Assembly: GCA_027021705.1 (NCBI GenBank)
Contig: JALUTT010000117.1
Coordinates: 1 to 64,000 of the forward strand
Source: Anaerolineae bacterium
GTDB lineage: Bacteria > Chloroflexota > Anaerolineae > S140-20
Direction: 5' to 3'
DNA: 64,000 nucleotides
The notes under the pieces were generated by a model, which did not search any database, had not been told where the DNA came from, and saw only the letters and a list, made by a program, of their open reading frames with translations. Made by a program: the position numbers and the translations under genes. Of the stretch, positions 1-8,941 are shown piece by piece (the first letter of the stretch is position 1; each line of letters opens with the position of its first letter).

Positions 1-439
1 GAAGAGCCGGTGCTGGGGAATCCCCAATCCTCCCAGCCCCGCCGGTTCACGGCGGGGCAATCCCCCGGCCCATCGCACCGGCCTGGAAGAGCCGGTGCTG
101 GGGAATCCCCAATCCTCCCAGCCCCGCCGGTTCACGGCGGGGCATCCGCCGGCCTATCGCACCGGCCTGGAAGAGCCGGTGCTGGGGGATGAGCCCAGCC
201 CCGCCGGTTCACGGCGGGGCATCCCCCGGCCCATCATGAGCCCAGCCCCGCCTGTTCACGGCGGGGCATCCCCCGGCCCATCGCACCGGCCTGGAAGAGC
301 CGGTGCTGGGGGATGAGCCCAGCCCCGCCGGTTCACGGCGGGGCAATCCCCCGGCCCATCATGAGCCCAGCCCCGCCGGTTCACGGCGGGGCACCCCCCG
401 GCCCATCATGAGCCCAGCCCCGCCTGTTCACGGCGGGGC
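1..439. repeat. BIME-like array of two REP-type hairpins (truncated at the window start)
   Basis: 7 copies of CCCAGCCCCGCC(G/T)GTTCACGGCGGGGC (about 32, 117, 194, 241, 318, 366, 413) interleaved with 4 copies (one cut by the edge) of GCACCGGCCTGGAAGAGCCGGTGCTGGGG; short re-used linkers. Confidence 0.85.
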
Positions 440-471
440 GGTCACACGGCGGGGCGGCCGGGCCTCGCCCG

Positions 472-500
472 TTGACATTGCCGGGCGGTTGGTGTAAGAT
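472..500 (+). promoter_or_regulatory. sigma70-type promoter for the CHAT-NLR gene
   Basis: TTGACA-17nt-TAAGAT; GGAGG before ATG 540. Confidence 0.6.
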
Positions 501-539
501 AGGGCCGAGGGATTCCTCACAGAAGGATCGGAGGATGAG

Positions 540-3500
540 ATGGCCCCAGGCTCCGCGCAACCCGAAAGGCCCACGGCCCCCCACCCCGTCCGCTTCTCCT
601 TCTACGCCGACGAGCCGGCCGACGGCCCAACCTGCCGCCTCAGCCTGGAGGGGCGGGGGATCGGGGAGCGGCACGCTTCCTTCACACCCCCCTACGACCT
701 CCCCACCCTCCAGGCCCTCCTGCAGGCCCTGGAGCCCGGCTTCGACCCGGCCGAGGCCGACCCCTCGCTGGTGGAGCGGCTGGCCCCCCTGGGCGACCCG
801 GCCCGGCTGCCCCAGACCGTCGGCGATGCCCTGGGCGCCGCCCTGCTGGCCGGAGAGTCCATCCGCCAGGGCTTCCACGTCGCCCTCACCCTCGCCCAGA
901 AAGCCCGCCACCCCCTCCCCGTCGAACTCCGCTTCGGCCCCGGCACCGACCTCCTGGCCGCCCTCCCCTGGGAGCTGCTCCGCTACCGGGATCGCTTCCT
1001 CGTCGCCGAGAACGCCATCCTCCTCAGCCGCTACCCCGAAGAGGCCATCCCCCCCACCCCGGCCCAGGCCGACCTCCCCCTGCGGGTGCTCCTGGTCCTG
1101 GCCGAGCCGGTGGATGCCCCGGCCACCCTCTCTCAGGAGGCGCGGAAGGCGCTGCTGGAGGGGCTGCGCCGGCTGGACGAGGAAGGGGCCGTCGTCGTGG
1201 ACCTGCTCCGCCCGCCCACCTACGACGCCCTCCTGGAGGCGCTGACCGAGGGCGAGTACCACCTGCTCCTCTTCTACGGCCACGGCGGCCGGACGGAGGC
1301 GGGGGAAGGACAGCTCCTCTTCGAGGACGAGTACGGCGGCGCCGACCCGGTGCCGGCCGATCTGCTGGGCGCAGCGCTGCGCAACACCACCGTGCGGCTG
1401 GTGGTGCTGGGAGCCTGTCGCTCGGCCCAGACCCTCCCCCCCGCCCCGGCGACCGAAGAGGGCCCTCCCCCCACCGGAGGGCTCTGGAGCAGCGTGGCCC
1501 CGGCCCTGCTGCGGGCGGGGGTGCCCCTGGCCGTCGGGATGCAGACGAGCATGCGCGTGGATGCCGCCCTTGCCTTCCTGCGCCACTTCGCCCTCGCCCT
1601 GGCGACGGGCCGGACGATCCTCGAGGCGGTGGGGCTGGCCCGCAAGCCCCTCCTGCGGAGACGGTACGGCCACGTCTGGTTCATCCCTGCCCTCTACGGA
1701 CGCCCTGCCGACGGCTACCGCCTCTTCGACCCCCAGGCCCCCCGGCCGGCCGAGGGGGAGGCGCTGCGGGAGGCGCTGCGGCGGCACCGGGCCGAGGTCG
1801 CGGCGCTGGAGGCCGAGGTGGAGCGGATGGGGGTGCTGGGGGAGCCGACGGCCATCGCCCGGCTGCGGGAGGCCGAGGTGGAGCGGATGGGGGTGCTGGG
1901 GGAGCCGACGGCCATCGCCCGGCTGCGGGAGGCGCGGACCGCCTTCGCCCAGGCCCGGGCGGCGCTGGCCCGGCGCACCCCCGGCCGCCATACCCCGCCC
2001 GTCAGCCTCCTCTACGGCGTCCCCACCAACCCCCTCTTCGTGGGGCGGGCCCGGGAGCTCCAGGAGGTGGCCCGGGGGCTGGCCGGCGAGCACCCCGTCG
2101 TCGTCTGGGGAGCCCCGGGGATCGGCAAGACCGCCCTGGCGGCCGAGGTGGCCCACCGGCAGGGCTGGCGCTTCCCGGCCGGCGTCCTCTGGCTGGACTG
2201 CCAGGGGGGGCCGGAGCTAGGGGCGCTGCTGGAGCGCATCGGGGCCTTCTGCGGGCTGGCGATGGACCAGGTGAGGCCGGAGGAGCGGGAGGAGGCGGTG
2301 CGTCGGGCGCTGGCCCGGCTGGAGGGGCGATACCTGCTGATCTGGGACAACGCCGAGACGGTGTGGGGGCGGGAACCGGTGCGCCGTTTCATCAAACGCC
2401 TGCCGCCCAACGGCCAGGCGCTGCTGACGACGCGGGAGGACCCCCATCAACCGATGTGGCGGACGGTAGAGCTGGCCCCCCTGGGGGAGGAGGCGGCGGG
2501 TCGGCTCTTCTGGCGGCTGGCGGTGGCGGCCGGCGCCAGGCTGGAGAGGCGGGCCGTCGAGGAGCTGCTCCCCCGCCTCCTGGCCCACCTGGAGGGCCAC
2601 CCCCTGGCCCTGACGCTGGTGGTGCCCCTGGTCAAGCGGCGGGGGCTGCGGCGGGTGTGGGAGGACCTGCAGGCCCGGCCGCTGGCCGGGCTGAAGGGGG
2701 TCGAGGCCGCCTTCGCCCTGAGCTACGACCGGCTGACGCCGTTCCAGCAGCGGCTCTTCACCCGGCTCAGCCTCTTCACCATCCCCGTCGAGGCCCAGGC
2801 GGCCGAGGCGCTGCTGGGGCCGGAGGAGGCCCCCCGGGGGCCGGACGGGGTCCTGGAGGCGCTGGACAGGCTGGTGGACGGGGCCCTCGTCACCTTCGAC
2901 GGGGCCCGCTACCGCTTCCACCCGCTGCTGCGCCGGTACGCCTACGAGAAGCTGAAGGAGCGGGAGGACCCCCGCCCCCTCCACCGGCGGGCGGCCGCCT
3001 ACCTGGAGGAGAAGGCAGCGACGGGGGTGACGCCGGAGGAGCGGCTGGAATCGGTGGACCAGTGGGAGCGGGGGGAGGCGTGGGAGGAGTTCGTCCGCAG
3101 CGCCCGCGCCCTGGTGGGGAGCCTGGACCGGCTGGGCTACTGGGAGGCGATCGAGGCCCGGCTGCGGCGGGCCCTGGAGGTGGCGGAGGCCCGGCGGGGG
3201 GAGGCGCCGGTGGCGGCGGCGGTGCGGAACGACCTGGCCGTGATCTGCTTCAGGCAGGGTCGGTGGGGTGAGGCGCAGGCGCTGTGGGAGCAGGCCCTGG
3301 AGCGCTTCGAGGAGCTGGGCGACCGCCACGGCGCGGCCCAGACCTTGGGCAACCTGGGCAACGTCTACTTCCGGCAGGGGGCGTGGGATCGGGCCATCGC
3401 CTTCTACCGGCAGGCCCTGGAGCGCTTCGAGGAGCTGGGCGACCGCCACGGCGCGGCCCAGACCTTGGGCAACCTGGGCACCGTCTACGCGCAGCAGGGG

Positions 3501-4295
3501 GCGTGGGATCGGGCCATCGCCTTCTACCGGCAGGCCCTGGAGATCGAAGAGGAGCTGGGCGACCGCCACGGCGCGGCCAAGACCTACAACAACCTGGGCA
3601 CCGTCTACGCCGACAAGGGAGAGTGGAATCGGGCCATCGCCTTCTACCGGCGGTCGTTGGAAATCAAGGAGGAGCTGGGCGACCGCCACGGCGCGGCCCA
3701 GACCTACAACAACCTGGGCGAAGTCCACCGACTGCAGGGGGCGTGGGATCGGGCCATCGCCTTCTACCGGCGGTCGTTGGAAATCAAGGAGGAGCTGGGC
3801 GACCGCCACGGCGCGGCCCAGACCTTGGGCAACCTGGGCCTCGTCTACGCCGACAAGGGGGAGTGGGATCGGGCCATCGCCTTCTACCGGCGGTCGTTGG
3901 AAATCAAGGAGGAACTGGGCGACCGCCACGGCGCGGCAGCGACCTACAACAACCTGGGCGAAGTCCACCGACGGCAGGGGGCGTGGGATCGGGCCATCGC
4001 CTTCTACCGGCAGGCCCTGGAGCGCTTCCAGGAGCTGGGCGACCTCCTGGGCACCGCCCTGGTCTGGCTCAACGTGGGCCTGCTCTACCTGGAGACGGAC
4101 CGCTCCGAAGAAGCCGGGCCCCTCCTCGCCCATGCCTACCTCATCCTCGCCCAACTCGGCTCCCCCGAAGCCGAAAAGGCCGCCGCCGCCCTGGTCCGGG
4201 CCTGCGGCTCCGTCGAAGCGGCCAACACCTGCCTGGCGCAGGTGGTGGAACAACCGGGGGAGGACACGGAGGGAGGGATGAGGGATGAGGGGTGA
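540..4295 (+). CDS. CHAT (caspase-like) protease + NB-ARC/STAND NTPase + TPR repeats (NLR-like protein)
   Basis: CHAT motifs LPWELL, FYGHG (His), LGACRS (Cys); Walker A GAPGIGKT, Walker B LLIWDNAE, GHPLAL; 40-aa TPR repeats at the C-terminus. Confidence 0.9.
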   Translation: MAPGSAQPERPTAPHPVRFSFYADEPADGPTCRLSLEGRGIGERHASFTPPYDLPTLQALLQALEPGFDPAEADPSLVERLAPLGDPARLPQTVGDALGAALLAGESIRQGFHVALTLAQKARHPLPVELRFGPGTDLLAALPWELLRYRDRFLVAENAILLSRYPEEAIPPTPAQADLPLRVLLVLAEPVDAPATLSQEARKALLEGLRRLDEEGAVVVDLLRPPTYDALLEALTEGEYHLLLFYGHGGRTEAGEGQLLFEDEYGGADPVPADLLGAALRNTTVRLVVLGACRSAQTLPPAPATEEGPPPTGGLWSSVAPALLRAGVPLAVGMQTSMRVDAALAFLRHFALALATGRTILEAVGLARKPLLRRRYGHVWFIPALYGRPADGYRLFDPQAPRPAEGEALREALRRHRAEVAALEAEVERMGVLGEPTAIARLREAEVERMGVLGEPTAIARLREARTAFAQARAALARRTPGRHTPPVSLLYGVPTNPLFVGRARELQEVARGLAGEHPVVVWGAPGIGKTALAAEVAHRQGWRFPAGVLWLDCQGGPELGALLERIGAFCGLAMDQVRPEEREEAVRRALARLEGRYLLIWDNAETVWGREPVRRFIKRLPPNGQALLTTREDPHQPMWRTVELAPLGEEAAGRLFWRLAVAAGARLERRAVEELLPRLLAHLEGHPLALTLVVPLVKRRGLRRVWEDLQARPLAGLKGVEAAFALSYDRLTPFQQRLFTRLSLFTIPVEAQAAEALLGPEEAPRGPDGVLEALDRLVDGALVTFDGARYRFHPLLRRYAYEKLKEREDPRPLHRRAAAYLEEKAATGVTPEERLESVDQWERGEAWEEFVRSARALVGSLDRLGYWEAIEARLRRALEVAEARRGEAPVAAAVRNDLAVICFRQGRWGEAQALWEQALERFEELGDRHGAAQTLGNLGNVYFRQGAWDRAIAFYRQALERFEELGDRHGAAQTLGNLGTVYAQQGAWDRAIAFYRQALEIEEELGDRHGAAKTYNNLGTVYADKGEWNRAIAFYRRSLEIKEELGDRHGAAQTYNNLGEVHRLQGAWDRAIAFYRRSLEIKEELGDRHGAAQTLGNLGLVYADKGEWDRAIAFYRRSLEIKEELGDRHGAAATYNNLGEVHRRQGAWDRAIAFYRQALERFQELGDLLGTALVWLNVGLLYLETDRSEEAGPLLAHAYLILAQLGSPEAEKAAAALVRACGSVEAANTCLAQVVEQPGEDTEGGMRDEG
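1808..1933 (+). repeat. Perfect in-frame 60-nt tandem duplication (EAEVERMGVLGEPTAIARLR x2)
   Basis: Lines 1801 and 1861 are identical from position 8 onward. Confidence 0.95.
3291..4040 (+). repeat. Six near-identical 120-nt TPR-coding repeats
   Basis: GAGCTGGGCGACCGCCACGGCGCGGC...GATCGGGCCATCGCCTTCTACCGG recurs every 120 nt. Confidence 0.95.
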
Positions 4296-4429
4296 GGGAT
4301 GAGGGGGCACCGATGCGCGACCCACCGCCTCGCCACCTCGTCGCCTCATCGCCTCGTCGCCTCCTGTTTTGCTCCTGGGTTCTCGCTCGCGGCGGGTCCG
4401 TGCCCGCTGAAGGCGACGGCGACCCTGGA

Positions 4430-7384
4430 CTACGGACTACGGACTGCCGCCACCATAGCCTCCCGCAGGACCTGGGCCGGATGGAGGGCCTCCCGACCCG
4501 CACCGTGCCGGATCTGCTGGCGGCAACTGACGCCGGCGGCCACGACGATGGTCTCCTCCCCCTCGGCCCGCACCGCCGGGAGCAGCCGCCGCTCCGCCAT
4601 CGCCATCGAGAGCTCGTAGTGCTCCGCCTCGTAGCCGAAGGCCCCGGCCAGCCCACAGCAGCCCGAATCCACCTCCGTCACGGTGTAGCCGGGGGGCAGC
4701 GCCAGCACGCGCTTGCTGGGATCGGTCCCCACCAACGCCTTCTGGTGGCAGTGGCCGTGGAGCAGGAGGCGGCGGGGCTCCTCGACGAAGGTCAGCTCCA
4801 GCGCCCCCTCATCGGCCAACCGGGCGATGAACTCCTCGAAGGTGTAGCAGTGGGCCGCCACCACCGGAACGCGCGGGTCGTCGGGCAGCAGGCTGGCGTA
4901 CTCGTCCCGCAGCGTCAGCAGACAGCTCGGCTCCAGCCCGACGATGGGGATCCCCTGCTCGGCGAAGGGGGCCAGCCGCGCCACCGTCTCCTCGGCGGCC
5001 CGCCGGGCCTTCTCCACCAGCCCCTGGGAGAGCATCGGGCGGCCACAGCAGCGGTGGCCGGGCAGGAGGACCTCGAAGCCGGCCGCCTCCAGCACCTCGG
5101 TGGCCGCGATGGCAACCTGGGGCTCGTGGTAGGTGCTGAAGGTGTCGTGGAAGAGGACGACCGGCTTCCGGGATGAGGGGGCGGCCGGCGTCGTCCCCGC
5201 CCTGCCGTTCCGCCGCTGCCGGAACCAGTGGGTGAAGGGCTGACGGGCGAAGGTGGGCAAAGTCCGCTGACGGCTGATCCCCATCACCTTCTCCAGCCCC
5301 CAGCGGACCAGGCCGTTGCCCAGCAGGGCGTTGACCAAGGGGGCCAGCGGTCCGCTGAAGAGCCGGCTCCAGCGGGCGATGTCGGCGAAGAAGCGGGCCC
5401 GGAGCGGCACCCCGTGGGCCTCGTAGTAGTGGGCCAGGAACTCGATCTTGATCCGGGCCATATCCACCGAGGAGGGGCACTCGGCCTTGCACGCCTTGCA
5501 GCCCACGCAGAGGGCCATCACCTCGTACATCCGGGGGCCGGTGAACTCCTCCGGGGGCAGCCGGCCGGAGAGGGCCGCCCGCAGGGCGTTGGCCCGCCCC
5601 CGGGTGCTGTGCTCCTCCTCGCGGGTGACCATAAAGCTGGGGCACATAGTGCCGGTGGTCCGCTTGCGGCAGATGCCGGCCCCGTTGCACATCTCCACGG
5701 CCCGGTGGAAGCCCAGGTCGGCGCTGAAGTCCAGGTGGGTCTTGACGGGGATGACGGTGTAACCGACCCCGTAGCGCAGGTTCTCCGTCATCGGGGCGGC
5801 GTCCACGATGTTGCCCGGGTTGAGCAGGTTGTGGGGGTCGAAGGTCCGCTTCACCTCCCGGAAGAGGGCGTAGAGGTCGGGGCCGAAGAACTGCTCGTTG
5901 AGCCAGCTCCTGGCCCGCCCGTCGCCGTGCTCGCTGGAGAGGGAACCGCCGTACTGCCCCAGCAACTCGGCGGCGAAGGCACTGATCACCGGCAGCTTCG
6001 CCACCTCCTCGGCGAACTTGGTGTTGACCAGGGGGCGGATGTGGATGCAGCCGGCGCTGGCGTGGGCGTAGTAGGCCACGCGGGTTCCCAGGTCGTTGCA
6101 GAACCGCTCGACGCGGGTGACGTACTCGGCCAGGTGCTCCACCGGCACGGCGGCGTCCTCGATGAAGGGGATGGGCTTGTGGTCCCCCTTGATGCTCATC
6201 ATCAGCCCCAGCCCCACCTTGCGCACCGTCCAGACGTTGCTCTGGAGCTGAGGGCTGAGGGCCGGCACGATGGTGCGCCCCACCTTCTCCCGCCGCAGAT
6301 GGGCCTCCAGCCGCTGCACCTTGGCCTCCACCTCGGCCTCGCTCTCGCCGTAGAACTCGGTGATGAGGACGCAGTTGGGATCGCCTTCGATGAAGGTGGA
6401 GAGCAGCCGGGCGTAGGCCGGCACCTCGCGGCAGAGGGTCAGCCCCAGGTGGTCCAGCAGCTCCACCGCCGAAGGTTCCACCTCCAGGATGGTGGGCACG
6501 GAGGAGAGGGCTTCGTAGAGGCTGTCGAAGTGGACGATGGCCAGGGCGGTCCGGGTGGGGATGGGCACCAGGTTGAGCTTGATCTCCGTCATCACCGCCA
6601 GCGTCCCCTCGGAGCCGCAGATCAGCTTGGCCAGGTTGAAGCGGCGGTCCTGGGGATAGCGGAAAGAGGGGCCTTCGACGAAGCGGTCCAGGTTGTAGCC
6701 GCCGCAGCGCCGCCAGTGGCGGGGCGTCCCGGCACGGATGGTGTCGGCGTGGGTCCGGGTGATCTCCCGGATGCGCCGGTAGATGGTCCCCTCCAGGCCG
6801 GACCGCTGCTCCCGTCGGGCCACCTCGTCCTCCTCCAGCGGGCCGAAGGTGGCGGTGCTGCCGTCGCTGAGGATGACCCGGGTCTCCAGCACGTGGTCGG
6901 CGGTCATCCCGTACAAGATGGAATGGGCGCCGGTGGAGTTGTTGGAGACGATGCCGCCCATCGCGGCCCGGTTGCTGCTGGCCGGGTCGGGGCCGAACTG
7001 GAGCCCCAGCGGGCGCAGGTGGAGGTTGAGTTCGTCCAGCACGACGCCCGGCTGGACCCGCACCCAGTGCTCCTCGACGTTGACCTCCAGGATCTGGTCC
7101 AGATGGCGGCTCAGGTCTATCACCAGCGCCTCGTTGACGGCCTGACCGGCCAGGCTGCTGCCGGCGGTGCGGGGCAGGATGGGGAGCCGGTACTGAGCGG
7201 CCAGCTCGACGGCGGCGTGAACATCCTCAACCGTCTTGGGGATGAGCACGCCGTAGGGGATCACCTGGTAGATGCTGGCGTCGGTGCTGTAGAGGACGCG
7301 GGTGTAGGGGTCGGTGCGGAGGTCGCCGGCGACCCGCGCCTGCAGGTCGTGCAAGAAATCCTGAATCGCGCCTGTCGGTTGCAT
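4430..7384 (-). CDS. FAD-binding and (Fe-S)-binding oxidoreductase (GlcD/YdiJ-like 2-hydroxyacid dehydrogenase)
   Basis: YSTDASIY, GSSLAGQ, GSEGTL, SEHGDGRAR, CNGAGIC, CVGCKACKAEC, CCG domains; ATG 7384 after GAGGTG. Confidence 0.9.
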   Translation of the reverse strand: MQPTGAIQDFLHDLQARVAGDLRTDPYTRVLYSTDASIYQVIPYGVLIPKTVEDVHAAVELAAQYRLPILPRTAGSSLAGQAVNEALVIDLSRHLDQILEVNVEEHWVRVQPGVVLDELNLHLRPLGLQFGPDPASSNRAAMGGIVSNNSTGAHSILYGMTADHVLETRVILSDGSTATFGPLEEDEVARREQRSGLEGTIYRRIREITRTHADTIRAGTPRHWRRCGGYNLDRFVEGPSFRYPQDRRFNLAKLICGSEGTLAVMTEIKLNLVPIPTRTALAIVHFDSLYEALSSVPTILEVEPSAVELLDHLGLTLCREVPAYARLLSTFIEGDPNCVLITEFYGESEAEVEAKVQRLEAHLRREKVGRTIVPALSPQLQSNVWTVRKVGLGLMMSIKGDHKPIPFIEDAAVPVEHLAEYVTRVERFCNDLGTRVAYYAHASAGCIHIRPLVNTKFAEEVAKLPVISAFAAELLGQYGGSLSSEHGDGRARSWLNEQFFGPDLYALFREVKRTFDPHNLLNPGNIVDAAPMTENLRYGVGYTVIPVKTHLDFSADLGFHRAVEMCNGAGICRKRTTGTMCPSFMVTREEEHSTRGRANALRAALSGRLPPEEFTGPRMYEVMALCVGCKACKAECPSSVDMARIKIEFLAHYYEAHGVPLRARFFADIARWSRLFSGPLAPLVNALLGNGLVRWGLEKVMGISRQRTLPTFARQPFTHWFRQRRNGRAGTTPAAPSSRKPVVLFHDTFSTYHEPQVAIAATEVLEAAGFEVLLPGHRCCGRPMLSQGLVEKARRAAEETVARLAPFAEQGIPIVGLEPSCLLTLRDEYASLLPDDPRVPVVAAHCYTFEEFIARLADEGALELTFVEEPRRLLLHGHCHQKALVGTDPSKRVLALPPGYTVTEVDSGCCGLAGAFGYEAEHYELSMAMAERRLLPAVRAEGEETIVVAAGVSCRQQIRHGAGREALHPAQVLREAMVAAVRSP

Positions 7385-7507
7385 AAGCACACCTCGCTTT
7401 CGGAGTTGCCCCCTGCCGATGGGGCAACGGAGGCTGTCACCGGATTCCTTGAGCGGATCGAAGGGGTTGAGGGTCGGATGGGACGGCGGAGTCTTGTTGG
7501 TAGCGGA

Positions 7508-8941
7508 CTATCCCTTGGAGTCGTGGGAGGGCCTCTCCCGCAGGAGCGCTTCGGCCCGCTGGAGTTCCCGTCCCAGGTAGACGTAGTGTTCCGGCAGGGA
7601 GGCCAGGCGCAGGCGGGCGATCTCCCGGCCCAGCGCTTCGGCTGAGCGGCCCCGACGGTGCCAGATCACCCGGTCCCCCTGGGGGGAGAGCAGTTCGACG
7701 ACGATCTCCTCCCCCTCTACCCGGACGACGAAGTTCCCCTGGGGGTCTCGGTCCATTCCCTTTCGCTCCCGCCACCACCGGGCGGCGATCTCCTCAGCCC
7801 GCTCCCAGTCGTGGGCGTAGACGTGGGCCGAGACGGTGAAGCTGGTCAGCGGTCCCGGCGAGAGGCCCAGTTCCCGGGCCAGCCGGCCCTGGAGCCGACG
7901 CATCGCCAGCGTGTTCTGGGGCCAGGCGGCGAAAAGGTCCTGGCTGCGGGCCACGTAGGTCAGGAAGAGGCGTCCCGCCACCACGTTGGCCACCACCTGG
8001 GTGAGACAGGGTGGGTGCTCCGCCTCGGCGTCGCAGGCCGGGTCCCAGAGGACGGCGACGGCCCGCCGGCTGTGAGGGGCCTGGCGCAACCGCTCGGCCA
8101 GCCGGGCCACTTGGTCCAGCCCGAAGTGGGCCCGCAGTCGCTCCCCGTAGGTATAGGCCGTCCCCGCCCCGGCGTCCGCCTCCAGGACGGAGGGCAGGTA
8201 GGCGGCCAGGGCCTCCCGGCTCACCCCCATCCAGTCGGGGAGGTAGGGCTGCTCCGGGTCTTCGTCGGTGACCACGGCGGTGATGTTCAGCAGTTCCCGC
8301 TGGAGGATCGCCTGCTCGCTGGGCTTCACCGTCCCGAAGCGGAGCACCAGGTCGAGGAGACGGGGCCAGGCGTCGGCCACCCGCCGTCCCTGGACGGTGA
8401 AGCCGGCGCCCAAGGAGGGGAAGGTCTCGGGCGGTGTGGGCTCAGGGGTCGGGAAGAGGCGGGGGGAGGCGTGAGGGGGCAGGGGGGGCAGGTCGGCGAT
8501 GGCCTCGATCACCCGATCCACCGAGCGCACCGCCCGCAGGTCCAGCAGCCGCACGGCCCGGCGCAGCGCCTCGACGGCCTCGGCGGGGAGGGCCGGGTCC
8601 AGGCGCACCTCGGTGCCGGCGATGCGGTGGTCCTCCGACAGCCCGTGGGTCCAGAGGGCGTGGAGGGCCGCCCCGGTCCGGGTCGTGTCCGGCCCCCAGA
8701 GGACCAGGTAGCGCAGGGAGGGCAGCCGCCAGAGGGTGCGCAGCAGGAGGCTGATGCCCCGGGCGGTGTAGAGGTTGCCGACGAGGGCGATCTGCTGCAG
8801 CCCCGACCCAAAGGTCACCCGGCTCAAATCCTTCCAGAGGGCACAGAGCCCCACGTTGGCCTCCAGGTTGCCCACGATGAGGCGGTGACGGGCCAGGTAG
8901 AGGTCCAGCGGCTCGGGGTCCGAAGGAGCTGGCTCAGCCAT
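7508..8941 (-). CDS. Thymidylate synthase-like protein fused to an N-terminal MtrA-like domain and a C-terminal DUF4346-like domain
   Basis: TS motifs YTYGERL, SRRAV..LWDP, HPPCL, RSQD...WPQN, SAHVY; N-terminus GNLY..RGIS.LLR..LRYLVLWG; C-terminus DPQGNF...HYVYLGRELQRAE. Confidence 0.75.
   Translation of the reverse strand: MAEPAPSDPEPLDLYLARHRLIVGNLEANVGLCALWKDLSRVTFGSGLQQIALVGNLYTARGISLLLRTLWRLPSLRYLVLWGPDTTRTGAALHALWTHGLSEDHRIAGTEVRLDPALPAEAVEALRRAVRLLDLRAVRSVDRVIEAIADLPPLPPHASPRLFPTPEPTPPETFPSLGAGFTVQGRRVADAWPRLLDLVLRFGTVKPSEQAILQRELLNITAVVTDEDPEQPYLPDWMGVSREALAAYLPSVLEADAGAGTAYTYGERLRAHFGLDQVARLAERLRQAPHSRRAVAVLWDPACDAEAEHPPCLTQVVANVVAGRLFLTYVARSQDLFAAWPQNTLAMRRLQGRLARELGLSPGPLTSFTVSAHVYAHDWERAEEIAARWWRERKGMDRDPQGNFVVRVEGEEIVVELLSPQGDRVIWHRRGRSAEALGREIARLRLASLPEHYVYLGRELQRAEALLRERPSHDSKG

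Noticed and set aside
1..439. CRISPR array
   Set aside because: Linkers are short and re-used rather than unique spacers, two repeat types alternate, and no cas genes are present.
3291..4040. Diversity-generating retroelement TR/VR
   Set aside because: Differences are not adenine-specific and no reverse transcriptase is in the window.
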